The notes beneath the pieces are model-generated. The model was not told where the DNA came from, did no database searches, and saw only the letters and a program-made list of their open reading frames with translations. From Azolla caroliniana (Eukaryota; Plantae; Polypodiophyta), in contig JBHGNT010000020.1 of the NCBI GenBank assembly GCA_043228905.1, forward strand, positions 806,001 through 870,000: a stretch of 64,000 nucleotides of DNA, read 5' to 3'. Every line of letters starts with the position of its first letter. The first letter of the stretch is position 1. This document shows, piece after piece, positions 36,745-48,881 of this stretch. A program made the translations under genes and the position numbers.

Positions 36745-39285
36745 GAAAAGGTGTGTTGGTTAACAAAACATAGAAAACAAAAAGAAAAAATAGATCTAGC
36801 ACTAGTTCACAACTGATACCTTATGACCTGAAGCAACGGCCAGCAAATTTCCTTGAGCATGAAATGCAATTGAGGCAATGGGCCGAACTGAAATAAATGG
36901 AGTACATAATCCACAATAAATAACAGATATATTGATTTCAAATAATCAATAATAAACGACAGATGTGGATATTGAACCATTTCAAAGGCATAGAATCTTA
37001 CGAAAATCATGTGAGGCAATACATTGAGCAGTATCAGAATTCCATATCTTCACTTCATTATCAAGGCTTCCACTAGCCAGTATATCTGATCTGCTGGGAT
37101 GAAACCGCACCTAAAGCGTGAAATATATATTAAGAACGTGCTTGAGACCTTGTATTATCTTATATTATTTTCTACCTTGCTCTTCAGTTATAAAAGTCCA
37201 ACAAGGAATGATGAAATGAAAATGATTGTAATCTCGAGCAGGAACGCATAATGAGTTCATAATTTCACTCACCACCCAGGGTGTTCGTCGATGACCACAG
37301 AGTGTCTTAAGGCATACGCCTGTTTCGCAACAAAAAAGCTTAACAGTATGATCGCCACTGTAGCATCAAAATTTGACTAGTAAAAATGATGGATAATGTC
37401 ATATTATTATTGACGTTATTCAACTACTCAAAAAATCGTACTGTGTTGATGCGAGTATAGTTCCATCAGGGCTGAATGCTGCAGCTATTGTGGAACGTGG
37501 AGCTGGCTGTAGGGCGCAATACTTTGCTGTACAATTCTTCAGTGACTCTGCCTCCAACCTGGGATAATAACATTAAATAGTATCTCACATTAAAAAAAGA
37601 ATGCAAATACACATGAACGCCGTAATGTATTGACTGCAGAAAAGGCAAACAATCATTTACCATGCAACCAATGCATGTTTTGCACTGACAAATTCATTCC
37701 TTTGCCGACATGTAGCTGATTCACCCCACAACTTTCTGAAACCCTGCCTAGAAACAGGAGCCACCTCTCTCCACAAAATATGTAGAGTTACATTTCCCGT
37801 CCTATAAAGAAATACGCAGTAACATTAAAACATAATTAAGTAAATCGGCAAAATTTAGCTATATAACGCCAGTTGCTTTGTTTGATATACGAAAAAAACA
37901 TAAGTGTAGAGACAACTGTGTAAGGAATGTCATTTCCTACTAATACACTATTTATTTTGTTACTTTATAAAAAATTCATCCCTCCCATCTTAATAGCAAC
38001 ATTCCCTGCTATTAAGATGGTAATGACTATTGACGAAACCCATGAAGTAAGCCAAACAGTTACAGTACTCATTAAATTTAATGGAGCCATGAGAAATTAA
38101 CAGCCAATGTACTAAAACAGACGATGAATTCAAGAAAGCAAAACCAGATCTAACAAAATTGAGAAACATGGTGATTCTAGAAAAGTTGGATAGTACAATT
38201 TGATGGATCTACTAGGTAGGGATCGGCAACGGTTCGGTTTAGGCTTAGCCGGTTTGGCCTGATCCAAGCCAAACCGGCTAAGCCTAAACCGTTTACGGGA
38301 TCTCAAACCTGAACCGAATTCTCTCAGATGATCCACTATATACTCTATAGTATACATTGTACAAGCTCTCCCTCCCACTCTCTCTCACATCTGGTCTCGA
38401 CTCTCTCCCTCTCTCTCTCTCCCCCCTCTGTGTAGTCTCTCTCTCTCTCCTCTCTGTGTAGTTTCTCTCTCTTTCTCTCTCTCTCCCCTCTGTGTAGTCT
38501 CTCTCTCTCTCCCCCTCTCTCTAAAGTTTATAAACAGCTTAGCCGGCTTGAACCGGTTTGGCAAGGCTCAAACTGAGCCAAGCCGAGCCGCTAAGCCACT
38601 TTAAGCCGGCTAAGCCAAACGGTTTAGGCTTGAGCCGAGATGTTGCCGATCCCTACTACTAAGGCAAAAGACATTGCATTCAAAAACACTGCAAAAGTTT
38701 AATGGGGGCAAGCACTCAATCATTCTACAAGAGCTGAGTGTTGTGCAAATATGTTGAGGTTGGATTTGATAAAACCGAACATTTATGCATTTCGTAGACC
38801 TTATGTTTTGTGTGAAACTAAATTTTAAGTCCACTATGTAATGCATATGAAAAAGTGTTACATATGTTAGGTATTCCATTGTTTTGCTTCATTAATTATG
38901 TCGTGTAATAGCTAGAGCAAATCACCATGCCTTTGGTGGCCACTATGGACCCCATATTGTGAATCAATAACGTGATTCACATACATGAGTGCAAGATGCA
39001 TTTTTCATAACCAAGCTGCATCTTCTGTATAACCATAGACCTAGCTCTTACAAATAAATGACAAATATATTAAAATATATTTATGCATAGATATACTGAC
39101 ATATAGATGCACTGAAATGAATTTCCTGGAAACATAAAATAGCTATAAAAAAGTGCATGAATTGAGAAAGCAATATGAATAACTTACGAATGCCTTCTTC
39201 CAGAATACAGATGCTGATGAGATGATGATTCATCTTGAAAGTTTGAAGAACCGGTCCTTGAATGGTACTCAGCAGAGGGCTTCAT
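31874..39285 (-). CDS. AMBRA1: AMBRA1-like split WD40 (transducin-family) protein, about 817 aa, 13 coding exons
   Basis: GT-AG exons in continuous frame: 39188-39285, 37661-37801, 37442-37558, 37273-37357, 37002-37110, 36820-36887, 36532-36660, 35334-36457, 32899-33096, 32521-32581, 32299-32412, 32057-32170, 31874-31969 (2454 nt). Motifs: RSTIAAAFSPDG..LASTHGDHTVK, GHRRTPWVVRFHP, LASGSLD, RTRRSLRAVHFHPHG, ELPCTVKLRIW, AVLCSEMGAHFSPCGRFLAAC, RAAHCLTSIQFSP, EDEVNVACFHP. Confidence 0.93.
32641..32868. mobile_element. Tourist/PIF-Harbinger-like MITE in an AMBRA1-like intron
   Basis: Imperfect TIRs (CGGAAAAAAACTGAAATAC / GTATTTCAGAGTTTTTCCC), internal inverted TTCCCAAATGCTCC / GGAGCATTTGGGAA, TTA on both flanks. 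Confidence 0.6.
34157..34400. repeat. ~110-bp tandem duplication in an intron
   Basis: ACAAGGCTTTGGCCCACTAC.CAAGGTAATGGAATATGA occurs twice. Confidence 0.8.
36697..36742. repeat. (AAT)n microsatellite in an intron
   Basis: Pure AAT run. Confidence 0.9.
38217..38655. mobile_element. hAT-type MITE in the first coding intron
   Basis: TIRs TAGGGATCGGCAAC / GTTGCCGATCCCTA; 8-bp TSD CTACTAGG / CTACTAAG; subterminal AACCG/AAGCC repeats. Confidence 0.88.
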
Positions 39286-40553
39286 AACGTCTGAATTTCT
39301 TTCTTGGTAGTTATTTCCTATGCGTGCACTAAAAGATTTGCAATGTCTGGTTTAAGTGATAAATCATTACCATATGAATGTCCAAAACACAGCATCAGAA
39401 GATTAAAACCTACTCAATTTCAAAACGCAACCTCACAGGTACCTCTCATCGGTTGCTTAATAATAGCAAATTTTAGGTCATGAGAACAGGGGTACTTTGA
39501 GCAGCAACAAAGATATAAAGCATATCCTTTTTCGCAGCACTCTTAGAAATTGGAATAAAAGCTAGAATGCAAACTCTCAACGAACAATTCTCTATTCTTT
39601 ATCAACACTTACAACGCACATTGGATGAGTAAACAAAATATTTATTCAAGCACAGGGACCTACATGAGCAACTACTAAACAGGACATACAAAATTATGCA
39701 TAAGTTCTTCCAGAACTAAACAAACTTAATTAATACTGTCCCTGTGAATTTTGTTATGCATAGGTTCTTCCCGAACTAAACAAATTTGTTTACTTCTGTT
39801 CTACAGATACATTGTTATAGCTAAAAAAGTCACATAATACGCAAACATGAGAAACATTACAGTCAGACAGAAAAAATTAGCATATAAAGAGCAGGAATGG
39901 CGAGATCACAGAAAAACGTAGACTTAGATCATCCATACCTGAATAATTATTTTATGAGCGCAAAAGATTATGCTGCACATTAACATATGATCATGAAGCT
40001 TAAAAGAAAAGTCGGTGTAATAGTTCTACAAAATAAACAAAGGAAGAAACATTGTCCATATGTATGACGAACAATAAAGCAAAGCAATAACATTAGGTTC
40101 ATCAACACAAATCATGTTGAAAGAATCTGAGTTTCTTCTACATAAGGATCGAGGTATCAAACAGAACAAGAAACAGTGAAGATTTAATAAAACATAGGCA
40201 GTGTCACAAAAGCACGTGCAAACGAGAAATACTCCAAGTGAAGCTATGGGTAAATATGCAAACAGATGGAAATGACACAAAAGAACAGACTGACGAAAAA
40301 CGTAAAACAGAATCAAACAGAGAAGAGATTTCGCAAAAATGCTTGCATTAAACACTTACTCGGGCAGGCAAGGAACGGTAAACAGTTAATTGAACAAACG
40401 AGAAATGTCACAGAAAACACGTGCAAACAAGGAAACGCTGAACATGGCCTACAACGTTGAGCATAGCTCGAAATATTGAGCAGTTAATCAAACAGAAAAC
40501 GTCACCAGCGAGAATCGTAGGGCAAGTAAAGAGTACCGGAGAATAGGACATAC

Positions 40554-41090
40554 CAGTGTGAGTAGATCCAGGTTCATCGAAAAGAAAAGCTTTCGCGAAA
40601 ACTGAAGACGCTGCTGATTGTTATCAGAAGAAGAGAGTTCCGATCCAGAAGAAAACAGTGATTTTGAAATATCCCGGCCTCGCGTATGAAGAAAATAGAA
40701 ATCTCGCTAATCCGTATGCAGAAATAACCGATTTGGTGTCGGGAAGGAATAGTTTACTTGGATAGTATGATCTGAAAGAAGAAAGGTTCGTGTCTGCTCT
40801 CAAAAGAACTGATCTGTGTTTGTGTCTGTCTGTCTGTTTTGAGCACATATATGTCTTGTTCAAGGTAAGGAAATCGAAGGATCTATACAAAAGAAGACGA
40901 AGAGGAAGGAGACGAAAGGAAGAAGACGGATGGCGATGGAGGTTCAAACGGAACAGTTGATCTGGAAAGGGTTGAAACTCTGCGAGTTCGTATGTGCTGC
41001 GTCGTAGAGATGGAGATGGAGATGGAGATGGAGATGGAAGGAAGAAGAAGAAGAAGAAGAAGAAGAAGAAGAAGAAGAGGCAAGAGGTAA
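40554..41090 (-). promoter_or_regulatory. Probable non-coding first exon / 5' UTR of the AMBRA1-like gene
   Basis: (CTT)n and (ATCTCC)n tracts on the minus strand; candidate donor CTG|GTATG at 40554/40553. Confidence 0.45.
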
Positions 41091-41208
41091 CAGAAGAGGG
41101 TCGAAGGTTTTGGTTATTTACATATCTAGCCTTTCTCTCTCTCTGTCTCTATCTCTGTACATACTTTCTAGACTCTTTGTCTTTGTATGATGTATATGTA
41201 GATTTGTA

Positions 41209-41699
41209 TAATAATCGGCAACGGTTCGGTTTGAACCGAACTGAACCGCGAAACCGCAGCTTAACGGTTTCAACGGTTCGGTTCGGTTCAAGTTTGGGTT
41301 TTTTAAAACGGTTCAGTTTCAACAGTCAAAAACCACAGTTTAAACGGTTTTTTATTTTCTATTTTCTATTTTTTTTTAAATGTAAAAATTTAAAAAAAAT
41401 TTAAAAATTGTAAAAATTGTTTTTAATCAATCTTTTCATTTTTAGACCTTATTCTCACATTTTTTAGGAACATCTTAAAAATTTTAAATCATGAAATATT
41501 ATAAATTTTAAAAAATTAAAAATTTGACCTATGTTCAAAATTGAAACTGAACCACGAAACCGCGGTTTTTACGGTTTAATGGTTTAACGGTTTGAAAAAT
41601 GTTTAATGGTTCGGTTCCACGGTTTGGTTCAGGTTTAAATTTTTTTTAACGGTTTGGACCCTCTGGAACCAAACCAAACCGAACCGTTGCCGATTGTTA
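41209..41699. mobile_element. hAT-type MITE in the AMBRA1-like promoter
   Basis: TIRs TAATAATCGGCAACGGTTCGGTTTG / CAAACCGAACCGTTGCCGATTGTTA; perfect 8-bp TSD GATTTGTA (41201-41208, 41700-41707). Confidence 0.9.
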
Positions 41700-42135
41700 G
41701 ATTTGTACATATATTTGTGTATCTACATATATGTACATATATTTGTGTATCTACATATATGTACATATATTTGTGTATCTACATATATATCTCTGTATTT
41801 GTACATATTTGTGTGTTTGTGTCTGTATTTGTGCCTGCCTCTATTCCTATCTGAGCCCGCGTCTATCTCTGGTATTTGTATTTGTAGTTCTATCTATATC
41901 TCTATCTGTATTTGTATTTGTATTTGTATTTGTATTTGCATTTGTGTTTGTGTTTGTGTTTGTATGTGTATTTGTGTCTATATCTATATTTGCGTCCCAT
42001 GTATGTGTATTTGTGTCTATAGCTATATTTGCGTCCTGTGTATGTGTTTATTTCTGTGTTTGCCTCTATTTGTGTTTGTTCCTATGTCTATCTCTATACC
42101 TATATTTGTGTTTGTATCTATGTTTGCCTCTACCT
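41700..42135. repeat. (GTATTT)n/(GTGTTT)n-like degenerate hexamer array
   Basis: Complement of the AAATAC motif, plus a 28-bp unit TGTACATATATTTGTGTATCTACATATA x3. Confidence 0.85.
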
Positions 42136-42333
42136 CTCCCGATCCATCACCCCCCCCCAGTGCTTGGCTTTGTTGAGCATTATATGTCGTAGTAATCATC
42201 CAATATGCATTTTGTCCCGATCATTCTGTAATTGCCTCACAACTCGATTGTTATATTTGTGTACATGTATGAAACATCATGACGACATCATGCAAAAGCT
42301 AAGAGCTAAAAAAACTTGTTTTTTCACACGTAA

Positions 42334-43244
42334 TGTTGTAGTTGAGTTCTTTGACCAAAATCAATGTTACCCGTATGGGTATGAGGTGAAGTGAAGTCGA
42401 CGGTCGAAGTGTGAAATAAGGCTGAAGGGTGAAAGGGCCGAATGGCCGGATAAAGTGTGTAAGGGCCAAAAGGCCAAATAGTCGAATAGTAGTATGAAGT
42501 CAAATTATGTAATACCGAATTATGTAGAAAAATGTAAATAGGAAATGTTGGCCGGGTAGGACGGTCGTAGGTGTGAAAGGGGATAAGACGCCAAGCACAG
42601 GAAAAGGAGAACCAGGCAAAAGACGAATAAGGAGCTAAAACTACATAAGGGTAGAAATGATTATAACGGGTGCCGAGATGACCTAATGACAACATGAAGG
42701 CCTATATAAATATCGAGTGATTGAGAGACAAGAGAGTGAGTGTATTATTTTTAGGCAAGAAGTGTACAAAAAGTGGATGACTTTAGAGAGAGTGAGTGTT
42801 ATACCGACAATTGATCGGTACTTGTAACTATGTGTTCGTAATCGATTATTCTTTCTTATGGGGTAACCGTGTGTATCTAACGTATGCTTTGAAGTGTATT
42901 GTCTATGTGTAATCATGAGCCTATAATCGGTTGTAGCCAATTCGACGAGGTACCTATCATTGCATTACTTAACGAAGTTCTAAGATAAGTCTGTATCTCC
43001 AAACATTGTGTGGATTAGAGAGAGTTATCTAGGTGTTGGCATAAAAGGCTGAATCCTTCCTATTTGTATATGTTGAGCATCAGGTATCCACAGAGGGAGT
43101 TATCTGGGTGTTGGCAAAAAAGGGTGAATCCTTCCTATTTGTATATGTTGAAAATCAAGCTGAACATAGTCCAGTGTTTGAACACACCCTTTGAGAATAT
43201 ATGATCACTTAAAGGTCAAGAGTCACACCACTACTCTCTACACA
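42334..43244 (+). mobile_element. Probable solo LTR
   Basis: TG..CA ends, TATATAAATA at ~42703, internal ~57-bp duplication (43020-43151). TSD not confirmed. Confidence 0.4.
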
Positions 43245-43251
43245 TTAACTG

Positions 43252-43544
43252 TGTCATAGAATCATATTCTATGACACATAATAAATGAGTTCCATATTCC
43301 CCATGACTAATGATTCTTCACATTCCCCAAGTTTCTAGAGAGAAAGTGAGTGTTATAGTGACTTAATGAAGAGAGAGGGTGGCCTTATATAAAACACCCT
43401 TTTCGTACTTCATAAAGGGTTGGTTGTCCTCCGTTGTAATGTTACATTTTGTAATTGATATTCTCCTTGTTAAATTACAATCTTCTTCTTGAGTACTTCA
43501 TATCTCTCTCTTATCTATCTTGTTTTTTCTCTCCTCCCCTCTTA

Positions 43545-43637
<93 letters not shown>

Positions 43638-43980
43638 ACACACATCTCTTATGTTGCACAAGAATCATCGATTCTTTACATGGTATCAAAGATGTTTTCT
43701 AGCTCGATCTAGCCCATCCGCGTGTGTTATGCTCTACGTCGAAGTTCAAGAAGAACCGGCTCATCACTATCGTAGGGCCACCACATAGCTCGTGTTCGAA
43801 AGATAAGGAAAAGAAGAAGGAAAGCTTCATCGACATAATGAATACTCATATGGGGAGTGCTATCCCTAACGAAAACTTGGACAGAAACAACTTTGAATCT
43901 TGGGAGTACAAGATGCATCGATACCTTGTTGACCAAGGCTATTGGAGCTACATCAAAGGAGCACAAGAAAATCAACCCCA
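43252..43980 (+). mobile_element. Truncated copia: 5' LTR (43252-43680), PBS and gag N-terminus
   Basis: LTR ends ...TTTACA followed by TGGTATCAAAG (iMet-type PBS); gag MGSAIPNENLDRNNFESWEYKMHRYLVDQGYWSYIKG; (CA)n inside the LTR; broken at the array boundary. Confidence 0.8.
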
Positions 43981-44189
43981 ATTCCCTTTGACATTGTCAC
44001 GTTGTTCAAGAGTTTAGTAACCAGAGTGTAAAAACTCTCCAACAAATTGAATTCCTATAAATCTTTTGTCAAAAAACGGTTCTCTAAAATAGTTTCGTTT
44101 TTATCTTAGAAGAACATTAGGGTCACCTTTTGCTCGCTCACATAAAAAATGGTAAAGATTAAGGACTTAGGTTCATATGAGATATTTGT

Positions 44190-44261
44190 GCACCTGTAGC
44201 CCTACAATTAGGATATTTTTCTGGACTACAATAGACTTGGCTTCGACATTCCGCAAATGCA
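44190..44261 (+). pseudogene. Diverged tRNA-Gly-derived module B (anticodon position GGA)
   Basis: Aligns without gaps to module A; stems disrupted. Confidence 0.65.
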
Positions 44262-44587
44262 CGCTATGTGCTTTAGAGCAGTACTTCAATTGGATAAACA
44301 AAATCTATTCGATTTGATTCGAGAATATGACATTGCTGGATGAGTTTCATAACTAGATTGTAAGAACACAGTAACAAATTGAATTAATCTGATGTTTAGC
44401 TCAAACAAGCCGTTTTTTTGGACTTGTTTCATTTGTATGCTACAAGAAAGTAAGGCTCATTATTTGTTCGCTTAGGTAACAATTGGTAAAGGTTAAGGAC
44501 TCACATTGATATGCAACTACTCAACAATAATTTTATCTTCTATATTTTTTGTTTGGGACAAAATTCCCTTGGAAGTATGTTCAAATT

Positions 44588-44659
44588 GCGCTTGTAGTCC
44601 AACGATTAGGATAATTGCCTTCCAGGCAATAGACCTAAGTCCAACTCTCGACAAGCACA
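44588..44659 (+). pseudogene. tRNA-Gly(TCC) copy with damaged T arm
   Basis: GCGCTTGTAGTCCAACGATTAGGATAATTGCCTTCCAGGCAATAGACCTAAGTCCAACTCTCGACAAGCACA. Confidence 0.8.
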
Positions 44660-44918
44660 CACCATCTTATTTACACCACTACTTAAGATGGAAAACCAAA
44701 AACTTTACAATTCCCTTTGACAAAGTCACCCTGTTCGAGAGTTTCATTAGCGGATTGTAAAAACTCTCCAACAAATTGAATTCCTATAAATCTTTCGTCA
44801 AAAATGGTTTCTCTAAATTAGTTTCATTTCTATCTTATAAGAACGTTAAGGTCACCTTTCGCTCGCTCACATACAAAATGTTAAAGATTAAGGACTGAGG
44901 TTGATATGAGATATTTGT

Positions 44919-44990
44919 GCGCATGTAGCCCTACAATTAGGATATTTTTCTTGAAAGCAATAGACCACGTTTCAACATTCCTCAAGCGCA
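44919..44990 (+). pseudogene. Diverged module B (anticodon position TGA)
   Basis: Gapless alignment to module A. Confidence 0.65.
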
Positions 44991-45126
44991 CCTTATGTGC
45001 TTTAGAGCAGTACTTCAATCGGATAAACAAAATCTATTCAATTTGATTCGAGAATATGACATTGATATGCAACTACTCACATTCAATCTCTAAACTAGTT
45101 TCTTCAGGTTCATATGAGATATTTGT

Positions 45127-45198
45127 GCGCATGTAGCCCTACAGTTAGGATATTTTTCATGAAAGCAATAGACCAGGCTTCGACATTCTGTAAGCATA
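45127..45198 (+). pseudogene. Diverged module B (anticodon position TGA), local duplicate
   Basis: Gapless alignment to module A. Confidence 0.6.
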
Positions 45199-45527
45199 CT
45201 CTATGTGCTTTAGAGCAGTACTTCAATTGGACAGGGAAAATCTATACGATTCGATTCGAGAATATGACGTTGCTGGACAAGTTTTATAACTTGATTGCAA
45301 GAACACGGGAACAAATTGAATCAATGTGATGTTTACTTGAAACAAGCTGTTTTTGTGGACTTGTTTCATTTGTATGCTAGTAGAAGAAAGTAAGGCTCAC
45401 TATTCATTCGCTCAAGTAACAATTGGTAAAGGTTAAGGACTCACATTGATATGCAACTACTCCACAATAATTTTATCTTGTATATTTTTTGTTTGTGATA
45501 AAATTCCATTGGAAGTAGGGTCAAATT

Positions 45528-45599
45528 TCGGTTGTAGTCCAACGGTTAGAATAATTGCCTTCCAAGCAATAGACCCGAGTTCAACTCTCGGCAAGCGCA
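45528..45599 (+). tRNA. tRNA-Gly(TCC) copy, acceptor stem imperfect (possibly a pseudogene)
   Basis: ...TTGTAGTCCAACGGTTAGAATAATTGCCTTCCAAGCAATAGACCCGAGTTCAACTCTCGGCAAGCGCA; anticodon arm ATTGC/GCAAT and T arm CCGAG/CTCGG intact. Confidence 0.65.
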
Positions 45600-45745
45600 C
45601 TTAAACCATGTTATTTCAACCACTACTTACGATCGAAAATAGAAATCTATTCAATTCCCTTCGAGAATGTCACGTTGCTCAAGTGTTTCATTAGCATGGA
45701 GATTTGATTCGAGAATATGTATTCCATTGCAAGAAGGTTCAAATT

Positions 45746-45817
45746 GCGCTTATAGTCCAACGGTTAGGATAATTGCCTTTCAAGCAATAAACCCTAGGTG
45801 AACTCTCGGAAAGCTCA
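45746..45817 (+). pseudogene. tRNA-Gly-derived copy, anticodon mutated to TTC, T arm damaged
   Basis: GCGCTTATAGTCCAACGGTTAGGATAATTGCCTTTCAAGCAAT... Confidence 0.75.
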
Positions 45818-46069
45818 CATCATATTATTTCAACCACTACTTACGATCGAAAAGAGAAATCTATTCAATTCCCTTCGACAATGTTACATTGTTTGAGAGT
45901 TTCATTAGCAGAGTCTAAAAACTCTCCAACAAATTGAATTCCTATAAATATTTAGTCAAAAAACGGTTTCTCTAAACTAGTTTCGTTTTTATCTTATAAG
46001 CATGTTAGGGTCATCTCTCGCTTAAAAAATGGTAAAGATTAAGGACTGAGGTTCATATGAGATATCTAT

Positions 46070-46141
46070 GCACCTGTAGCCCTACAGGTAGGATATTTTT
46101 CTGGAAAGCAATAGACTAGGCTTCGACATTCCGCAAGCACA
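46070..46141 (+). pseudogene. Diverged module B (anticodon position GGA)
   Basis: Gapless alignment to module A. Confidence 0.65.
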
Positions 46142-46451
46142 CGCTATGTGCTTTAGAGCAGTACTTCAATTCGACAAGCAAAAACTATACAATTCGATTT
46201 GACAATATGAGGTTGTTGGACGAGTGTCATAACGAGATTGTAAGAACACGGGAACAAATTAGCTCAAACAAGCCGTTTGTGTGCTCAGGTAACAATTTGT
46301 ATGCTAGATGAAAGTAAGGCTCACTATTCGTTTGCTCAGGTAACAATTGGTAAAGGTTAAGGAATCATATTGATATGCAACTACTCCACAATGATTTTAT
46401 CTTGTCTATTTTTTGTTTGTGATAAAATTCCCTTGGAAGTAGGCTCAGATT

Positions 46452-46523
46452 GTGCTTGTAGTCCAACGGTTACGATAATTGCCTTCCAAGCAATAGACCC
46501 GAGTTCAACTCTCGGCAAGCACA
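46452..46523 (+). tRNA. tRNA-Gly(TCC), best-preserved copy
   Basis: GTGCTTG/CAAGCAC acceptor stem, ATTGC-CT-TCC-AA-GCAAT anticodon arm, CCGAG-TTCAACT-CTCGG T arm; one D-stem mismatch; closely resembles plant cytosolic tRNA-Gly(TCC). Confidence 0.75.
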
Positions 46524-46762
46524 CAACCTATTATTTACACCACTACTTAAGATGGAAAAGATAAAACTTTACAATTCCCTTCGACAATGTCACGTTGCTC
46601 GAGAGTTTCATTAGGGGAGTGTAAAAACTCTCCAACAATTTGAATTCTGATAAATCTTTCGTCAAACAATTGTTTCTCTAAACTAGTTTCGTTTGTATCT
46701 TATAAGAACGTTAGGGTCACCTTTTGCTCGCTCACATAAAAAATGGTAAAGATTAAGGACTC

Positions 46763-46834
46763 AGGCATGTAGCCCTACATTTAGGATATTTTTCTTGAAA
46801 GCAATAGACCACGTTTCAACAGTCCGCAAGCGCA
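46763..46834 (+). pseudogene. Diverged module B (anticodon position TGA) adjacent to the copia insertion
   Basis: GCATGTAGCCCTAC...TTCTTGAAAGCAATAGACC...CGCAAGCGCA. Confidence 0.6.
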
Positions 46835-47374
46835 CGCTATGTGCTTTATGTGAAGAAAAGAGCGGAATATTGCTCGGCCACAACCAAGTCTTGAATCATA
46901 GAAATGGGAATGAAACACAGAAATGGGAAGTAGAGAGTACACATAATATTTACGTAGAAAACCCTAATAGGGTAAAATACCACGGGAGCCCACATACTCC
47001 AAACTATCAGTATATGAGAAAGGTACAATCAGAGACTCTTAGGTAACAACCTCGAGCTCTGTTTCTTCGCAGAGTGGAGGTTACAATAGAGTATCGCTTT
47101 GTATATCTCTCTCTATATATACAACAATTATACGCATACAAACTATGACAACAATTACTAACACCCAAAAGTGATTGCCCTAAGTCATATATATACTTAT
47201 ATGAACTTAGGGCTATTTACAAATATAGCCTCAATAGGCTTACTCAAAACATATTTACAAGTATGTCTTCTCTTCCAGTTCTCATTGGGTCCATCCGATC
47301 AGGTTCTCACCGGGTGCTCTTCATTCATAACCGGATCCCATCCGGAGGGACCGATTTGCCAACAATCTCCCCCT

Positions 47375-48881
47375 TCACTCCGACATGGGATGTTTCGCAA
47401 GCCCGATCCGTTTTCGGCACACGTCTAGTTTGTCGGTTGTCAACACCTTGGTCAGCATATCCGACCCATTCTCCGTGTGGATCTTGGTCAGCACGAACTC
47501 TTGATCTTCTACTCTTATTCGAATCCAGTGGTACCTCTGTTGGATATGTTTCGTCCGAGAATGGTAGGCCGCATTCTTTGCAAGGTGGATGGCACTTTGA
47601 CTGTCGTAGTAGAGCTGGTATTCCTCCTGTTGGATACGTAGCTCTCCAATGAAGTCCTTCATCCAGATTATCTCCTTGACAGCTTCTATAGCTGCCATGT
47701 ACTTCGCCTCCGTGGTTGACAACGCAACCGTCTTCTGCAACCTCAACTGCCACGAAACAACTCCCCCTGCATAAGTCATGACATATCTGGATGTTGATCG
47801 GCTGGTATCCGCATCAGTCGACATATCCGAATCCGTGAAACCATCGAGTTGGGGTTTTCCGGAGCCAAACCAGAAGCACATACTCGAGGTGCCTTTCAGA
47901 TACCGGACTATCCACTCGACCACATTCTTGTGCTCTCTTCCGGGATTGCTCATGAACCGGCTCACTACTCCGATTGCATATCCGATATCCGGCCAGGTAC
48001 ATACCATCGCGTACATGAAGCTCTGGATAGCTTGCAGTTTGCCGGAAGTGTTGATCCGACTGGTTTCGCCTCTGACATGTTGTACTATTGAAGCACCTTT
48101 GTCACGTACTTCTCCTGTGACAACCACAATAGCTTCTTCGACTGGTCTCGGATGAGATCCATTCCCAATATCTGTCTTGCCGGATCCAAGTCTTTCATTG
48201 AGAAGGTTTGGTTCAAAGCCTTCTTCAACATCCGAATCTTGCCTTGGTTTTGTCCAATGATCAACATATCATCCACATATAGGAGGAGTATCAGGAAATC
48301 TCCTCCATCAAATTTCTTCACATACACGCAGTGATCGGCCTGCATCTTGTGGTACCCTTGGTCGGTCATGAAGGAGTCGAACTTCTGGTACCATTGCCGG
48401 GGAGCTTGCTTTAGTCCGTATAGGCTCTTCTTCAGCCAACACACCAGATGCTCCTTACCTTTCTTCTCAAATCCTTCCGGTTGATGCATGTAGATCTCTT
48501 CTTCGAGGTCACCATGTAGGAATGTCGTCTTGACGTCCAGTTGCTCTATCTTGAGGCCCATGCTTGCCGCTATGCCCAATATTGTTCGAATGGATGTTAT
48601 CTTTACTACCGGGGCAAAGCTCTCATCAAAATCCACTCCTTTCTTCTGCTCGAACCCCTTCACCACGATCCGGGCTTTGTATCTCGGTGGGTTTCCGGCA
48701 TCTCTTGGTTTTAGCCTGTACACCCACTTGTTCCGGAGTGCCCTCTTTCCTTTCGACAACTCCGTCAATTCATATGTGTGGTTCTCATGCAGGGAATCCA
48801 TCTCATCCTGCATAGCACTCAACCACTTGCGGCAATGGGTGTCTTTCTTTGCTTCTTCGAAACTTTCGGGCTCCCCCTCAT
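47375..48881 (-). pseudogene. Copia RT and RNase H (frameshifted)
   Basis: KARIVVKG, QLDVKTTFLHG, SLYGLKQAPRQW, LLYVDDML, ALSTTEA, HSRTKHI, DMLTK. Confidence 0.9.

Larger units (their letters stand above)
43980..46848 (+). repeat. tRNA-Gly-containing tandem array (~730-bp dimeric unit), left block
   Basis: CAATTCCCTT.GACAA...AAAAACTCTCCAACAAATTGAATTC recurs at ~43980, 44709, 45866 and 46573, with local partial duplications; each unit holds two tRNA-like modules. Confidence 0.93.

Noticed and set aside
37985-38020. 14-bp perfect intronic hairpin as a miRNA precursor
   Set aside because: Too short for a plant pre-miRNA; probably a MITE footprint or chance.
41654-42394. Cys/Val/Ile-rich ORFs
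   Set aside because: Low-complexity repeat translations.
44506-46564. Recurrent short ORFs (CACSPT..IIAFQAID) suggesting a repeat-protein family
   Set aside because: They are translations of the tRNA modules; frames are broken by stops differently in each unit.
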